Below are positions 23,001 through 36,249 of a stretch of 64,000 nt of DNA, one piece after another; the stretch's first letter is position 1, and every line of letters begins with the position of its first letter. Position numbers and translations under genes: made by a program. A model generated the notes under the pieces. The model ran no database searches and was not told the origin of the DNA. It saw nothing but the letters and a program-made list of their open reading frames with translations. This stretch comes from Raja brachyura (taxonomy: Eukaryota): the NCBI GenBank assembly GCA_963514005.1, contig OY740805.1, forward strand, positions 24,428,001 through 24,492,000, in the 5' to 3' direction.

Positions 23001-26000
23001 TCTTAAGTATTAATGTGATCGTGGATTCTGCTAGTGTTTCAGGTAGTATTTGTTCTTTGAAGGCATAAGTATACATTTTCTGTAGGCGAGGTGTAAATAC
23101 GTCATAAAAACGTTTATAGAATTCATTACTTAATCCATCGGGACCTGGTGTTTTTCCATTTTTTAATGAGATTATTGTTTCTTCTATTTCCTTATTTGAG
23201 ATTTGTGCTCCCAATTCCTCTTGTTCCTGCAACTCTAGTTTAGGAAGGTTACAATTATCCAAGAACTCTATAACTTTGTTGGTGTCCGTTATCGTTTTAG
23301 ATGTATACAGATTCTCGTAAAATTGTGCAAATCTTGTATTAATATCACTCGGCAAGGTCAATACTTCCCCTTTGTCTGATTTAATCTTTGAAATTGTGTG
23401 ATTATTTTCTCGTTTTTTTAACTGACGTGCCAGAGGTTTATGGGGCTTATCCCCAAATTCGAAATGTTCCTGTTTTGCAATTTGTAATAATCTTATGACT
23501 TTCTCTGATAATAATTTAAATTCCAGTATTTCTATTCTATTATGTTTATCCGTAGTGGGGTCTTTAGAGTTTTCTATGTCCAGTTGTCTAATTTGTTCTT
23601 CTAACTGTCTTTGTTCGTTCTTATTTTCCTTATTTTGAAAAGCTTGGTATGAAATTATACCGCCTCGAATAAATGCTTTAAAAGATTCCCATAATAGTGT
23701 AGGTGATATGTGTGGCGTATTGTTTATTTCTAAAAAAAGGTCCATTTGCTGTTTTAAATATATAGTCCCTTGCGGCTCTTTTAAAATGTGAGGATTGTAC
23801 CTCCAAAACGGTTTGTTCTTAGTCATTCCTTCCGTTTTTAGAAAAACATTTATTGGGGAGTGATCTGAAATTGTATTTGTGTGGTATTTTGTCTTAGAAC
23901 AGTGGGGTATTAGTTTTGTATCCACCAGAAAATAATCTATACATGAATATGTCTTGTGTACCATTGAATAGAACGAGTAATCCCTGCCAGTCGGATTTGC
24001 AATCCTCCAGATTATCCTCATCGGTTATGTTTGTGTTTTTTATATATGTGTTTAGAAGTTCGCTAGTTTTGGATTTCGTAATACCTCTGTTTTTGATTGG
24101 ATTTATCTAAGTAAGGGTCTAAAACACAGTTAAAGTCTCCGCCGATTATGACATTCTGGTAGTTATATTCTGCAATTATATTCAAGATTTTATTGAAAAA
24201 GTGTGGGTTGTCAAACCTGGGCGCATATATGTTTACCAAGGTAATTGGGGTAGCATGGATCTCCACCGTAACTATCAAATATCTCCCATCCTTATCTGTT
24301 AAGGTAATTTTGGGTTTAAATGGAATGCCTTTGTGAATAATAATAGATGTTCCTCTACATTTCGACGTGTATGATGAGTGAAAAGTTTGTCCTATCCAGT
24401 TCGCCATCAATCTAGCTTGATCTTGAAGTTTAAGATGCATTTCTTATAAGAAAGCAATATCTGTGTTGTATGCTTTCAGCTGAGCTAGAATCTTACCCCT
24501 TTTAATGCGTTAGTTAACACCCCTAATGTTCCAACTACAAAATGAGATTCCTTCCAGTTTATTTTGATTATCGTCTTGCAATTTGAATAGATTTAATACC
24601 TATGGTTCGTCATAAACGTCGAAATCTAGAGGAACGTCTATTATTATCTGTACCTCAGCTCTTTAGATATAGGGGGATCATTTACCCTACAAAGTTCAAT
24701 TAGTAGATTCCCTTTGCGATTGTCCTTGAATTAAAAAAAACACGCATGTGACTAAATGTGGTAATAATTTTTTTTAAAAACTAGTACAAGTGAAAATACA
24801 GTGTCTGAGCTTATAGGCACTGTAACAAGTAACCCACCTGTAGGTTGTCGATGTAGGTTCCATTGTCGATATAAAACAAACAAATAGCTCCGCTCCCTCG
24901 ATTAATCATAACATACTGGAGCGGGACCAGTTTCAAAATCAGATGTATATACTGTAAATATACCATTTACAGTATATATATATATCAATTTCCTCAATAT
25001 TTCCGGATATAACTATCATTCTTATCTACTAATTGTTAAGCCTATATTTTAACCTCGGAAATCATCAACTGTTGGTTGAAGGGGTTAACCTATTTCTGGC
25101 TCCTGGAACTAAGCCAGGAGCCCGCCTCTGCCCCCCACGCCCCAGTTATAAATCTACTTGAGAATTATTAAGTTAAATTATAAATGTTAATTTGTAAATC
25201 ACCCTTTCTACATTTCTGATTAGCATTCATTTCTATTTCTATGTTAATATTGTTAAAAAGTCAATTCTATACCTTTAGGTTATTCATTGGATCTCATATA
25301 CAACAGTAATTGCTAAGCCCACAGTCTGTTGTTGAACCCTTCATTTCGGTGGTTATCTTTTTCCTGCTTCACTTGGAACAGAGTATGTCCTTGAGTTAGC
25401 ATTCCGCCGATACGACGTCTAGACAAAGTTCCTTCTTCCTTCTTCTGGCAGCACGCCACCATTCTGGGTGCAATAGTAAAGAGAGAGAGAGTATCCATAA
25501 TGTCCAACCTTTCCAGCTAGCTCCACGATGATTAGAGCATATTTGTATGCCTCCTCGGGATTTGTGAACGATTTTTGCTGTTCCTTGTAGGAGATGCGCA
25601 TTCTAGCTGGATAGTAAGCACCATATCGAACCTCCTTTTGTCCTTGGAGAGCCTGCTTTGCCTTAGACAACTGATTTCGTTTTGCATAATTTCATAGGGA
25701 TAGTCGCAGAAAATGTTAAAAGTTGTTACACCAAACTTCAGGCACTCCATATTTGATATTCCTCATAACCTCTTCCACGTCAGAAATGTCCCTGAGTTTC
25801 ACAATAATCTGTCGTGTACATTCTGAGCCATCCTGAGATTGGTGTTTAAATCTAGGAACTCGGCTGGAGTTAATTATAAAATATTAAATAGCCACACATT
25901 TGGATAGCAGTAACAGGATCGGTCTGAGTCAGCATGGATTTACGAAGGGGAAATCATGCTTGAATAATCTTCTGGAATTTTTTGAGTATGCAACTAGGAA

Positions 26001-27400
26001 AATGAACAAGGGAGAGTCAGTGGGTGTAGTGTACCTGGACTTTCAGAAAGCATTTAATAAGGTCCCACATAAGAGATTCGTGGGCAAAATTAGGGCACAT
26101 GGTATTGGGGATAGAGTGCTGATATGGATAGAAAATTGGTTGGCAGACAGGAAACAAAGAGCAGGGATTAACAGGTCCCTTTCAGAATGGCAGGCAGTGA
26201 CTAGTGGGGTACCAAAAGGCTCAGCGCTGGGACCGAAGCTATTAACAAAATACATCAATGATTTGGCTGAAGGGATTCAAAGAAATATTAGCAAATTTGC
26301 ATATGACACAAAGCTGGGTGGCAGTGTAAACTGTGAGGAGGATGCTATGAAAATGCAGGGCGCTTTAGACAGGTTGGGGGAGTGGGCAGATGAATGGCAG
26401 ATGAAGTTTAATGTGGATAAATGTGAGGTTATCCGCTTTGGTAGCAAAAAACAGGAAGGCAGATTACTATCTAAATGGCATCAAGTTGGGAAAAGGGGAA
26501 GTACAATGGGATCTGGTGGTCCTTGCTCATCAGTCTATGAAAGTAAGCATGCAGGTACAGCAGGCAGCGAAAAAAGCGAATGGCATGTTGGCCTTTATAA
26601 CATGAGGAATTGAGTATAGGAGCAATTCTGCAGTTGTACAGAGCCCTAGTGAGTCCACACCTGGAGTGTTGTGTGCAGTTTTAGTCCCCTAATTTGAGGA
26701 AGGACATTCTTGCAATTGAGGGAGTGCAGCGTAGGTTTACAAGGTTTATTCCTGAGATGGCGGGACTGTCATATGCTGACAGAATGGAGCAGCTGGTCTT
26801 GTACACTCTGGAGTTTAGAAGGATGAGAGGGGATCTTATTGAAACATATAAGATTGCTAAGGCTTTAGACACGCTAAAGGCAGGAAATGCTATATTTAAG
26901 AGGGAGTTAGATGTGGCTCTTGTGGCTAAGGGGATCAGAGGGTATGGAGAGAAGGCAGGTACGGGATACTGAGTTGGATGATCAGCCATGATCATATTGA
27001 ATGGCGGTGCAGGATCGAAGGGCCGAATGGCCTACTCCTGCACCTAATTTCTATGTTTCTATGTTTCTATGAAACATGTTCCCGATGTTGTGGGAGTCTA
27101 GAACCAGGGGCCACAGTTTAAGAATAAGGCGTAAGCAATTTAGAACGGAGTCGAGAAAACACTTTTTTTCACAGGGAGTTGTGAGTCTGTGGAATTCTCT
27201 GCCTCAGAGGGCAGTGGAGGCTGGTTCTCTGGTTACTTTCAAGAGAGAGCTAGATAGGGCTCTTAAAGATAGCGGAGTCAGGGGATATGGGGAGAAGGCA
27301 GGAATGGGGTACTGTTTGGGGATGATCATCCATGATCACATTGAATGGCTCGAAGGGCTGAATGGCATACTCCTGCATATATTGTCTATTGGTGTAGCTG
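20090..27400 (+). mobile_element. CR1-type LINE ORF2 (RT) split by the L1 at 20400-25860
   Basis: DKSPGPDVLHPRVLKE (20130-20180) continues in ORF 25900..26613 QHGFTKGKSCL..VYLDFQKAF..SGVPKGSALGP..KFAYDTKL; GCTGGAGTYAATYAT duplicated around the L1. Confidence 0.85.
20400..25860 (-). mobile_element. 5'-truncated L1-clade LINE: ORF1 C-terminus plus frameshifted ORF2 (APE, RT, C-terminal domain)
   Basis: ORF1-like YGAYYPARMRISY (25419..25670); APE IIGGDFNCVLD and SDHSP; RT GFIPKRQ, SLDAEKAFDQV, RQGCSLSPLLF, LYADD. Confidence 0.92.
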
Positions 27401-28276
27401 GGACGTTGGCCAGTGTTGGCAAGATAGGATGAAGGGCCAGTTTCCACACTGTATCACTCTATGGTTCTATGACTCTGTGACCAAGATGTTCCATCTACTC
27501 TAGTCCTACCTGCCTGCACCATGTACCTCTGAACCTTTCCTATCCATGTGCAGGTTCCAATATATTTTAAATGTTGTTAAAGTGCCTCAGTTTAAAAACA
27601 AATGAATATAATATGATGCAGAATGCAGGCTTTTGGATACACTCTCCTGACTGGAACTAAGAACCCTGTACCCCCGTCCAAGGACCTCGACAGGCTTTTC
27701 AGGTGAGGGGGAGGTTCACGTGCACCTCCTCCAACCTCATCTACTGCATCCACTGTTCCAGGTGTCGACTCCTATATATCGGCGAGACCAAGCACAAGCT
27801 CGGCGATCGTTTCGCTGAACACCTCCGCTCAGTCCACCTAACCTCCCTGTTGCCAAACACTTTAACTCCCCCTCCCATTCCCACACTTTAACTCCCCCTC
27901 TCATTCCCACACTGACCTTTCTGCCCTGGGCCTCCTTCATTGTCAGTGAGGCCCATCACAAATTGGCAGAACAGCAGCTCATATTACACTTGGGCATCTT
28001 ACACCCCAGCGGTATGAACATTGACTTCTCTAACCACAAGTAACTGTTGTTTTCCCTCTCTCTCTCTCCATCCCTCACTTCCCAGTTCTCAGACCAGTCT
28101 GACTGACATTTTATCGAGGGTCTCGACCCGAAACGTCGCCTATCTCCTTCGCTCCTTAGATGCTGCTGCACCCGCTGAGTTTCTCCAGCCTTTTGTGTAC
28201 CCTCGATTCTCCAGCATCTGCAGTTCCTTCTTTGACATTTTATCTGTTTGCTTTGTTGTCAGCTGCTCCCAGCTAA

Positions 28277-28952
28277 ACATAGAAACATAGAAATTAGGTG
28301 CAGGAGTAGGCCATTCGGCCCTTCGAGTCTGCACCGCCATTCAATGTGATCATGGCTGATCATCCAACTCAGTATCCCGTACCTGCCTTCTCTCCATACC
28401 CTCTGATCCCCTTAGCCACAAGGGCCACATCTAACTCCCTCTTAAATATAGCCAATGAACTGGCCTCAACTACCCTCTGTGGCAGAGAGTTCCAGAGACC
28501 CACCACTCTCTGTGTGAAAAAAGTCCTTCTCATCTCGGTCCTAAAGGATTTCCCCCTTATCCTTAAGCTGTGACCCCTTGTCCTGGACCTCCCCAACATC
28601 GGCAACAATCTTCCTGCATCTAGCCTGTCCAACCCCTTAAGAATTTTGTACGTTTCTATAAGATCCCCCCTCAATCTCCTAAATTCTAGAGAGTATAAAC
28701 CGAGTCTATGCAGTCTTTGTTCATAAGACAGTCCTGACATCCCAGGAATCAGTCTGGTGAACCTTCTCTGCACTCCCTCTATGGCAATAATGTCCTTCCT
28801 CAGATTTGGAGACCAGAACTGTACGCAATACTCCAGGTGTGGTCTCACCAAGACCCTATACAACTGAAGTAGAACCTCCCTGCTTCTGTACTCAAATCCT
28901 TTTGCTATGAAAGCTAACATACCATTCGCTTTCTTCACTGCCTGCTGCACCT
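28277..28952 (-). mobile_element. Young CR1-type LINE 3' fragment
   Basis: Open ORF 28369..28950 (RPHLEYCVQFWSP..RRLRGDLIETYK); (TTTCTATG)n tail; near-identical to 42238-42755 and 62998-63485; CAGCTAA duplicated at the flanks. Confidence 0.9.
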
Positions 28953-29327
28953 GCAGCTAACAATGATATATTTTACATTTTCTTGTTCTGCATTTCTTTT
29001 GATGTCTCGTTTTACCCTTCCAGATCTCTGTGTCTCCCTCTCCCCGACTCTCAGTCTGAAGAAGGGTCTTGAACCCGAAACCTCACCCATTCCTTCTCTC
29101 CAGAGACGCTGCCTGTCCTTCTGAGTTACTCCTGCATTTTGTGTCTCTCTTCTGAGTACAGTGACGAAGTTTAACAGCCTAAACTGGTGGTTAAGGAAAG
29201 AAAGACAAATGGGCAAAGGGTGAGACCATGATTACTTGAACACAGGAGAAGTTTAAATTGGGGATTTTGCTCGGTTTGGACAATCGGTGTTGTTCAAGGG
29301 GCAACAGGAAAGGAGAGTATGACGACA

Positions 29328-29720
29328 GGTTACACAAAAAGCTGGAGAAACTCAGCGGGTGGAGCAGCATCTAAGGAGCGAAGGAGATAGGCGACGTTTT
29401 GGGTCGAGACCCTTCTTCAGACTGGTCAGGGATCAGGGAAACGAGAGATATAGACAGTGATGTGGAGAGATAAAGAACAATGAATGAAAGATATGCAAAG
29501 AAGTATCGATGATAAAGGAAACAGGCCACTGTAAGCTGTTTGTAGTGTGAAAATGAGAAGCTAGTGTGACTTGGGTGGAGGAGAGATCGAGAGAGAAGGA
29601 ATGCCAGGGCCCGAGGGCTGAGGGAGAGGTGGGAAGGGGGGGAGGCAGCCAGGGTTAACAGAATTGAGAAAATTCAATGTTTAAGCCCAGAGGATGCAGA
29701 CTCTCCAAGCCGAATATGAG
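29328..29720 (-). mobile_element. Penelope-like 3' fragment, specific to copy B
   Basis: Near-identical to 7252-7660; GACGACA duplicated at the flanks; absent at paralogous sites 6361-6380 and 36680-36700. Confidence 0.8.
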
Positions 29721-31277
29721 GACGACATTTTGCCAACGCCTGATCCAAAATAGGATTTCAACAGAAACACATGAAAACAGAGCGATGGTTAACACCACAA
29801 CATTTGTGAAACCACTTTTCCTTACCCTCAGAGGGTGAAATTCAATTACGTTTTGCATTTGTTAAAAGCTGAATTATTAAAGATAGATGATAAAAGCCGA
29901 CTACGGGTGCTGTCTTTTATGGAGTTTGCACGTTCTCCCCGTGATCTGCGTGTGTTTTCTCCGAGATCTTCGGTTTCCTCCCACACTCGTACAGGTTTGT
30001 AGGTTGGGTTTCGTCTCCTTCGCTCCATGGATGCTGCTGCACCGGCTGAGTTTCTCCAGCATTTTGTGTACCCTCGATTTTCCAGCATCTGCAGTTCCTT
30101 CTTTAACAGGTTTGTGGGTTAATTAGCTTGATAAAAATGTAAATTTGTCGAAGTTTGGCGATATGCAGAGTACTGCCCTGCCGACTACAAAATTCAGAAG
30201 GTTTACAGAATTCACACTACGACTTCAGACGCCCAAACAACAAAACTCTCTACGATATTTGTTCACTAGATTCGATGCCTCCGGAGTCTTGGTCGCTGCT
30301 AACCGTTACACCCGGTTGTCCAGCTCGCTGGCGAGGACGTCTAGTCCGTGAGTTGGACGGGTTTCCGGGCAGTAAAAACCAGATCGCCACTTGAAATATC
30401 CAGCCACTCGCCGACTCGCTGATCGAATGTGAAAATTATCCAGATACCAGAACCCAGCGTCTCCGCTCGGCGGCACAGCGGTAGAGTTGCTGCCTTGGAG
30501 ACCCGCGGGTGTGGGTGCTCTTCTGCACGGCCGGGTTCAATCCTGACTATGGGTGGTCTTATGTACGGAGCATTTACACTTGGTACGCGTGTAAATTGTC
30601 CCGTGTGTGCGCTTCCATTTTGCACAAAGCAATCCTAGTCCCACCCCTTTAAATTAAATAAAAAAAACGGCCTTTAATTTATTCTGTGAAGTGAAGACAA
30701 TGTAAACGGGGCGATCCGGGTGGACACGCTGAGTCGATGCCACTAAACTATCCAGTGTTAGAACCTGCAGCGTTTGACATTTTTGGTCTCCTTTCTTCCC
30801 CAACATCCACGGGTCTGGGACGCTGACAATTTGAGGGAATTAATGGAAGCAATTTTAACTTCAATCGAATCGTCTAGGAGGTTCAAATGGAAGAGTTGGG
30901 AGGTCATTTCTCAGTTGTCTCAGTCTCACGTATGAAGAAGGGTCTCGACCCGAAACGTCGCCTATCTCCTTCGCTCCTTAGATGCTGCTGCACCCGCTGA
31001 GTTTCTCCAGCTTTTTGTGTAACTCTCAGTTGTATAAGACGTTGGTGAGGCCACCTTTAAAGTATTGTGTTTAGTTCTGGGCACCATGTTACAGGGAAAA
31101 TGTTGTCAAGCTGGAAAGGGTACAGAGAACATTTATTGTGATGGTTACACAAAAAGCTGGAGAAACTCAGCGGGTGCAGCAGCATCTAAGGGGCGAAGGA
31201 GATAGGCGACGTTTCGGGTCGAGACCCTTCTAGAGACATTTATTGTGATGTTGCCAGGACTAGAGGGTTTGAGCTAT

Positions 31278-32570
31278 CGGGGGGTTGCGCGTAAGGTCAC
31301 TGGGTCACAGGGCTTGACGCACGGAGCCGCTTAATCCATCTGGAGGACATCCGTAACTACCGGTATATGTCATTAATGCATGAAACGCGTACTTTCCTAC
31401 GTGTTAAAAACCGCCAAAATGTTGACTTTTTGCGCTGTAAAAAAATGTGGAAGTCGGGGTAAGCGTGAGAGACACGTACCCAACTTAAGAATTCCAAACG
31501 TGAAGCGAAATTAAGGTAAAGAGAAGCGAGAGCTGAAGGGACAACAACAGCTGAAGTGCTTGGCGAACATTGGCCGTGCAGATATCGGAAATGAAAATAT
31601 TGGGAATGATCGCGTTTGCTCGCTGCACCTCATCAACAGTAAGGCATTATTTGTGTTTTTTCTTGATTCCTTTGGTATCTAAAACGTCTCAGAAGTGATA
31701 AATCTGGCTGTAAATTTTGCTTCAGAGGCGTTTTCTTTTTGTATGTAAAAACCCACTTGAAAACCATGGCCAATTAAAAAAATTACAGCCATATTGAACA
31801 CTTCTGAAAGTTTTTAGATGCCAAAGGAATAAAAAAAAACCCAAAATAATGCCTGAGTTGATGAAATGCAGTGAGCAAACGGCCAATGTTCGCCAAGCAC
31901 TCTGGCTGTTGTTGTCCCTTCAGCTCTCGCTTCTATCTACCGTCATTTCTCCTCACTTTTGGAACTCTGAAGTAAGCTAAATGTCTCTCACGCTTATCCC
32001 GATTTCCATAATTATTTACAGCCAAAAATGGACAATTTCGGCGTGTTTTAACGGGCCCGCTATGCTGGAAACAATGGTGAGTGCTTACCTGCAGTTCATC
32101 GCATGTACTCCACTTGGCCTAGAGTAGCAACAGTATGGGTCGTGACCCGTCTGCCGTGAATCATATTCCGCTTGGGGAGTCTGCATCCTCTGGGCTTAAA
32201 CATTGAATTTTCTCAATTCTGTTAACCCAGACTGCCCCCACCCCTCCCCACCTCTCCCTCAGCCCTCGGGCTCTGACATTCCTTCTCCATCTCCCCCCCC
32301 CCCCCCTCCCCAGTCGCACTAGTTTCTCATTTTCACACCACAAACAGCTTACAATGGCCTGTTTCCCTGATCATCAATACTTTTTTGCATATCTTTCATT
32401 CTTTCTTTATCTCTCCACATCACTGTTTATATCTCTCGTTTCCCTGATCCCTGACCAGTCTGAAGAAGGGTCTCGACCCGAAACGTCGCCTATCTCCTTC
32501 GCCCCTTAGATGCTGCTGCACCCGCTGAGTTTCTCCAGCTTTTTGTGTAACCCTGCCGTGAATCCTCCCT
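31278..32570. mobile_element. THAP-bearing fold-back DNA transposon derivative, copy 1 (Penelope fragment nested at 32163-32552)
   Basis: From 31419 encodes MLTFCAVKKCGSRGKRERH..RIP..LANIGRAD..RVCSLH (THAP-like); arms are inverted copies; nested insert has a 12-bp TSD CTGCCGTGAATC. Confidence 0.7.
32460..32487 (+). ncRNA. Minimal hammerhead-ribozyme-like motif
   Basis: CTGAAGAAGGGTCTCGACCCGAAACGTC, intact core. Confidence 0.65.
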
Positions 32571-32572
32571 GT

Positions 32573-33823
32573 GGAGGGGTTGCACGTAAGGTCATCGGGT
32601 CAGAGGGCGTGACCCACGGAGCAGCTCAATCCATGTGGAGTACATGGCAGCTTCCGGCATATACTGTTAATACACGAAAGGCGTACTTTCATACCCGTTA
32701 AAAACCGCCAAAATGGTCCATTTCTGCGCTGTAAATAATTCTGGAAATCGTGGTAAGCGTGAGAGACATGTATCCTACTTCAAAATTCCAAAAGGGAGGA
32801 GAAATGATGGTAAAGAGAAACTTCAGCTGAAGGGACAACAGCTAAAGTTGTTGGCGAACATTGGGCGTGCAGATATCAAGATTGAAAATATTGGGAATTA
32901 TCGCATTTGCTCACTGCATTGTATCAACAGTAAGGCATTATTTGTGTTTTTTCTTGATTCCTTTCGTATCTAAAAAGTTTCAGAAGTGATAAATCTGGCT
33001 GTAAAATTTTAAAATCGCCCATGGTTCTCAAGTGGGATTTTACATGCAAAAAGTAAACGTTTCTGAAGCTAAATTTATCATTAAAAAATCTCCAGACTTA
33101 GAAATGGTGTGTGAAAAAGTGCGTTTTCTATCATTATGCTATTGAGATGTATATTTTGGCAAATAATAAAATGTCCTGATAGCTTAAACACCCAATCCCT
33201 TTCATAGATATTGTCAATTTGCTGAGGTTGATAATGTCCAATTAACAGCTAACAATTATACCATTCCTTGGCTTGCATCTGAATAAAATGTAATTCAAAA
33301 CCCACACATGGTTTGCAATGTTTTTAACGATAAATTTAACTTCAGAAGCATTTTCTCTTTGCATGTAAAAACCCACTTGAGAATCATGGGCGATTGAAAA
33401 ATTTACAGCCAGATTTATCACTTCTGAAACTTTTTAGATACCAAAGGAATCAAGAAAAAAACATAAATAATGCCTCATTGTTGAAGAAATGCGGTGAGCA
33501 AATGCGATAATTGCCAATATTTTGAATCTTGACATCTGCACGGCCAATGTTCGCTGTTGTTGTTCCTTCAGCTGCGCTTCTCTTTACCGTCATTTCTCCT
33601 CACTTTTGGAATTCTGAAGTAGGATAAATGTTTCTCACGCTTATCCCAATTACCATAATTATTTACAGTGCAAAAATTGACAATTTCAGCGGTTTTTAAC
33701 AGGCCTGCTACGCTGGAAACAATGGTATGTGCTTACCTGCAGTTCATCGCATGTACTCCAGTTGGCGGAGCATGGCAACAGTATGGGTCACGGGTCATGA
33801 CCCGATTGCCATGCAACCTCCCT
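32573..33823. mobile_element. THAP-bearing fold-back DNA transposon derivative, copy 2
   Basis: ORF 32713..32973 MVHFCAVNNSGNRGKRERHVSYFKIPK..LLANIGRADIK..YRICSLH; about 500-bp inverted arms; termini GGAGGGGTTGCA / TGCAACCTCCCT. Confidence 0.75.
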
Positions 33824-34100
33824 ATAGGGATGGGTTGAGTAGACTGGGACTCTATTCCTTGGATAGCAGGAGGATGAGGGGTGATCTTTTAGAGGTGTAT
33901 AAAATCTTGAGAGGAATAGAGTCTCTTACCCAGAGTAGTTGAATCGAAGACCAGAGGATATAGGTTTAAGGTTAAGGGGGAAAGATTTAATAGTAATCTG
34001 AGGGGTAACTTTTTTACACAAAATGTGGTTAGTGGGTGGAACAAGCTGCCAGAGGAGGTAGTTACAGCAGGGACTATCCCAACGTTTAAGGTACAGTTAG

Positions 34101-35117
34101 TAGGTATGTTACAATACCTACCTTTAGCAGCGCTGCAGTTCTGCCACTCCCCGTGTGCGTGACTTGGCGCCTTTAAGAGTTCAAAACGCTGTTTTTCCCT
34201 AGACAGTCCAAATCGATCCATGTCGGGCGATTTCATCGCTAAAGAGAAATCACTCCGACATTTCATTCATGAAGCTATTTTTAAACTACGCTAGATTATT
34301 TATTAATTAGAGTAGTTTAAAAATCATCTTCTAAAGCTCTGAACGCCGACAGCAGAACGGACCTAACGTAGGGGAGAAAATAAAGTGCACAGTTTATTTT
34401 TACATTAAAACTTGGTTCTTAGGAAGCCTTTAATCACATTTTCATGTTGCGAAAAGGGGACAAAAAAAAAAGATGTATGAACCGGCTGTATTTTTCATAC
34501 TGACTTCACCGCAACGTTCCAATCCACCGCGTTCCACTAAAACCCACTCGCTAGTTGATTTAAATGGCCATTAATTTACAGGCATTAAACACTAAATTCC
34601 TTCCATTTGGCCTATAAATTCATTAAAATGAGATTTAAAAATCATGTTGTATTGTGGATTATTGTGTGGTTATTTGGACACTTACGCAATTCAAAAAACG
34701 TTATATTTTCTTAAGAAATGGATAGATGTTTAGATCTAGTAATTGAATTTTGTAAATAGCTACAATTAGTTAAGTAGCTAATTATATGCTTTAATTTCAG
34801 GTCATCCAAGTAAGATTGCTTCATATTTGTTTCAGAATGCTTCAATCTATAATAACTAAAAATGTCATTGAGTTCTCTTAATTTTTAAGAAAGTTATGGG
34901 CTTTTGACTCTTCTAGATCACAGCTTTTGAGTTAAGTCAATGGAAAGGCAATGGGGAACAAGATGCTAATATCCGAGTATGAAAATGGCCATAACTTTTT
35001 TAATACTGAAGATATGAAAGTGAATTAGGTATCAAATTAAACTTACTTTTATGCTTTATCTGATGGGATAAATTGCAGACTTGATTTTTAAAATCCCAAA
35101 ATGTTGTAACATTGCTA
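34101..35117 (+). mobile_element. Second copy of the TAG...CTA TIR element with 7-bp TSD
   Basis: Same TIRs and body as 10383-11426; TSD CAGTTAG; absent at the paralogous site near 9088. Confidence 0.8.
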
Positions 35118-36249
35118 CAGTTAGACAGGTACATGGATAGGACAGGTTTGGAGGAATATGGACCAAACGCAGGTGGGACTGGACTTATTGCTGGCCATAT
35201 TGGCCTGTGGATGAGTTGGGCTCAAGGGCTGTATCACTCTATGACTCTGTGACAAAGAGAGGAGAAGGATGTTTATCTAATCGTGGGAAAAAACATTCAC
35301 GAGGAAATAAGAGAACGAGAGTGGAAACTATTAAATCTTTCCCCCTTAACCTTAAACCTATATCTTCTGGTCTTCGAAACACCTGCTCTGGGCGAGAGAC
35401 TCTATTGCTCTCATCATTTTATACACCTGTATAAGATCACCCCACATCCTCCTGCGCTCCAAGGAATAGAGTCACAACCTACTCAAGATCCCCAACCTAC
35501 TCAAGATCCGCTCACAACCTCTAGTCCTGGCAACATCGCAAAAATGTTCTCTGTACCCTTTCCAGCTTGACAACATTTTTCCTGTAAGATGGTGGCCAGA
35601 ACTGAACACAATACTTTAAATGCGGCCTCACCAACTTCTTATACAACTGCGACATGACCTCCCAACACTTCCATTTGAGCCTCCTAGACGATTCGATTTA
35701 AGTTAAAGGGTCTCGACCCGAAACGTCGCCTATCTCCTTCGCTCCTTAGATGCTGCTGCACCCGCTGAGTTTCTCCAGCTTTTTGTGTAACCCCCGATTT
35801 AAGTTAAAATTGTTTTCATTAATTCCCAGAAATTGTCAGCGTTCCAGACCCGTGGGATGTTGGGGAAGAAAGAAGACCAAAAATGTCAATAGCTGCAGCT
35901 TCTAACACTGGACCTTTTTGTGGCCTTAACTGAATGTGTCCGCCAGGGTCGCCCCACCGGACTGTTTACACAGAAGAAATTAAGGGCGTTTTTTTTTTAA
36001 GGCGGTGGGACTGGGATTGTTTAGCGCAAAACAGAAGCGAAACGAAAAACGGGGAAAATTTGCTCAAGCGATCTCCGCGCGCACACACGGGACAACTTAC
36101 ACTCATACCAAGTGTAAATTCTCCGTACAGAAGACCACCCATAGTCAGGATTGAACCCGGCCGTGCAGCAGAGCACCCACACCCGCGGATCTCTGGCCCT
36201 GCAAGGCAGCAACGCTACCGCTGTGCCGCCGAGCGGTGACGCAGGGTTC

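Noticed and set aside
32713-32973. Possible host THAP-domain gene
   Set aside because: Lies in a palindromic TIR-bounded element, occurs four times in inverted arms, and has lost key residues or gained stops
6622-35794. Recurring short repeat with a palindromic core (GGGTCTCGACCC) resembling CRISPR repeats
   Set aside because: Copies are dispersed, in both orientations, with no regular spacers or cas genes; the context is eukaryotic and the repeat is part of the Penelope terminal sequence
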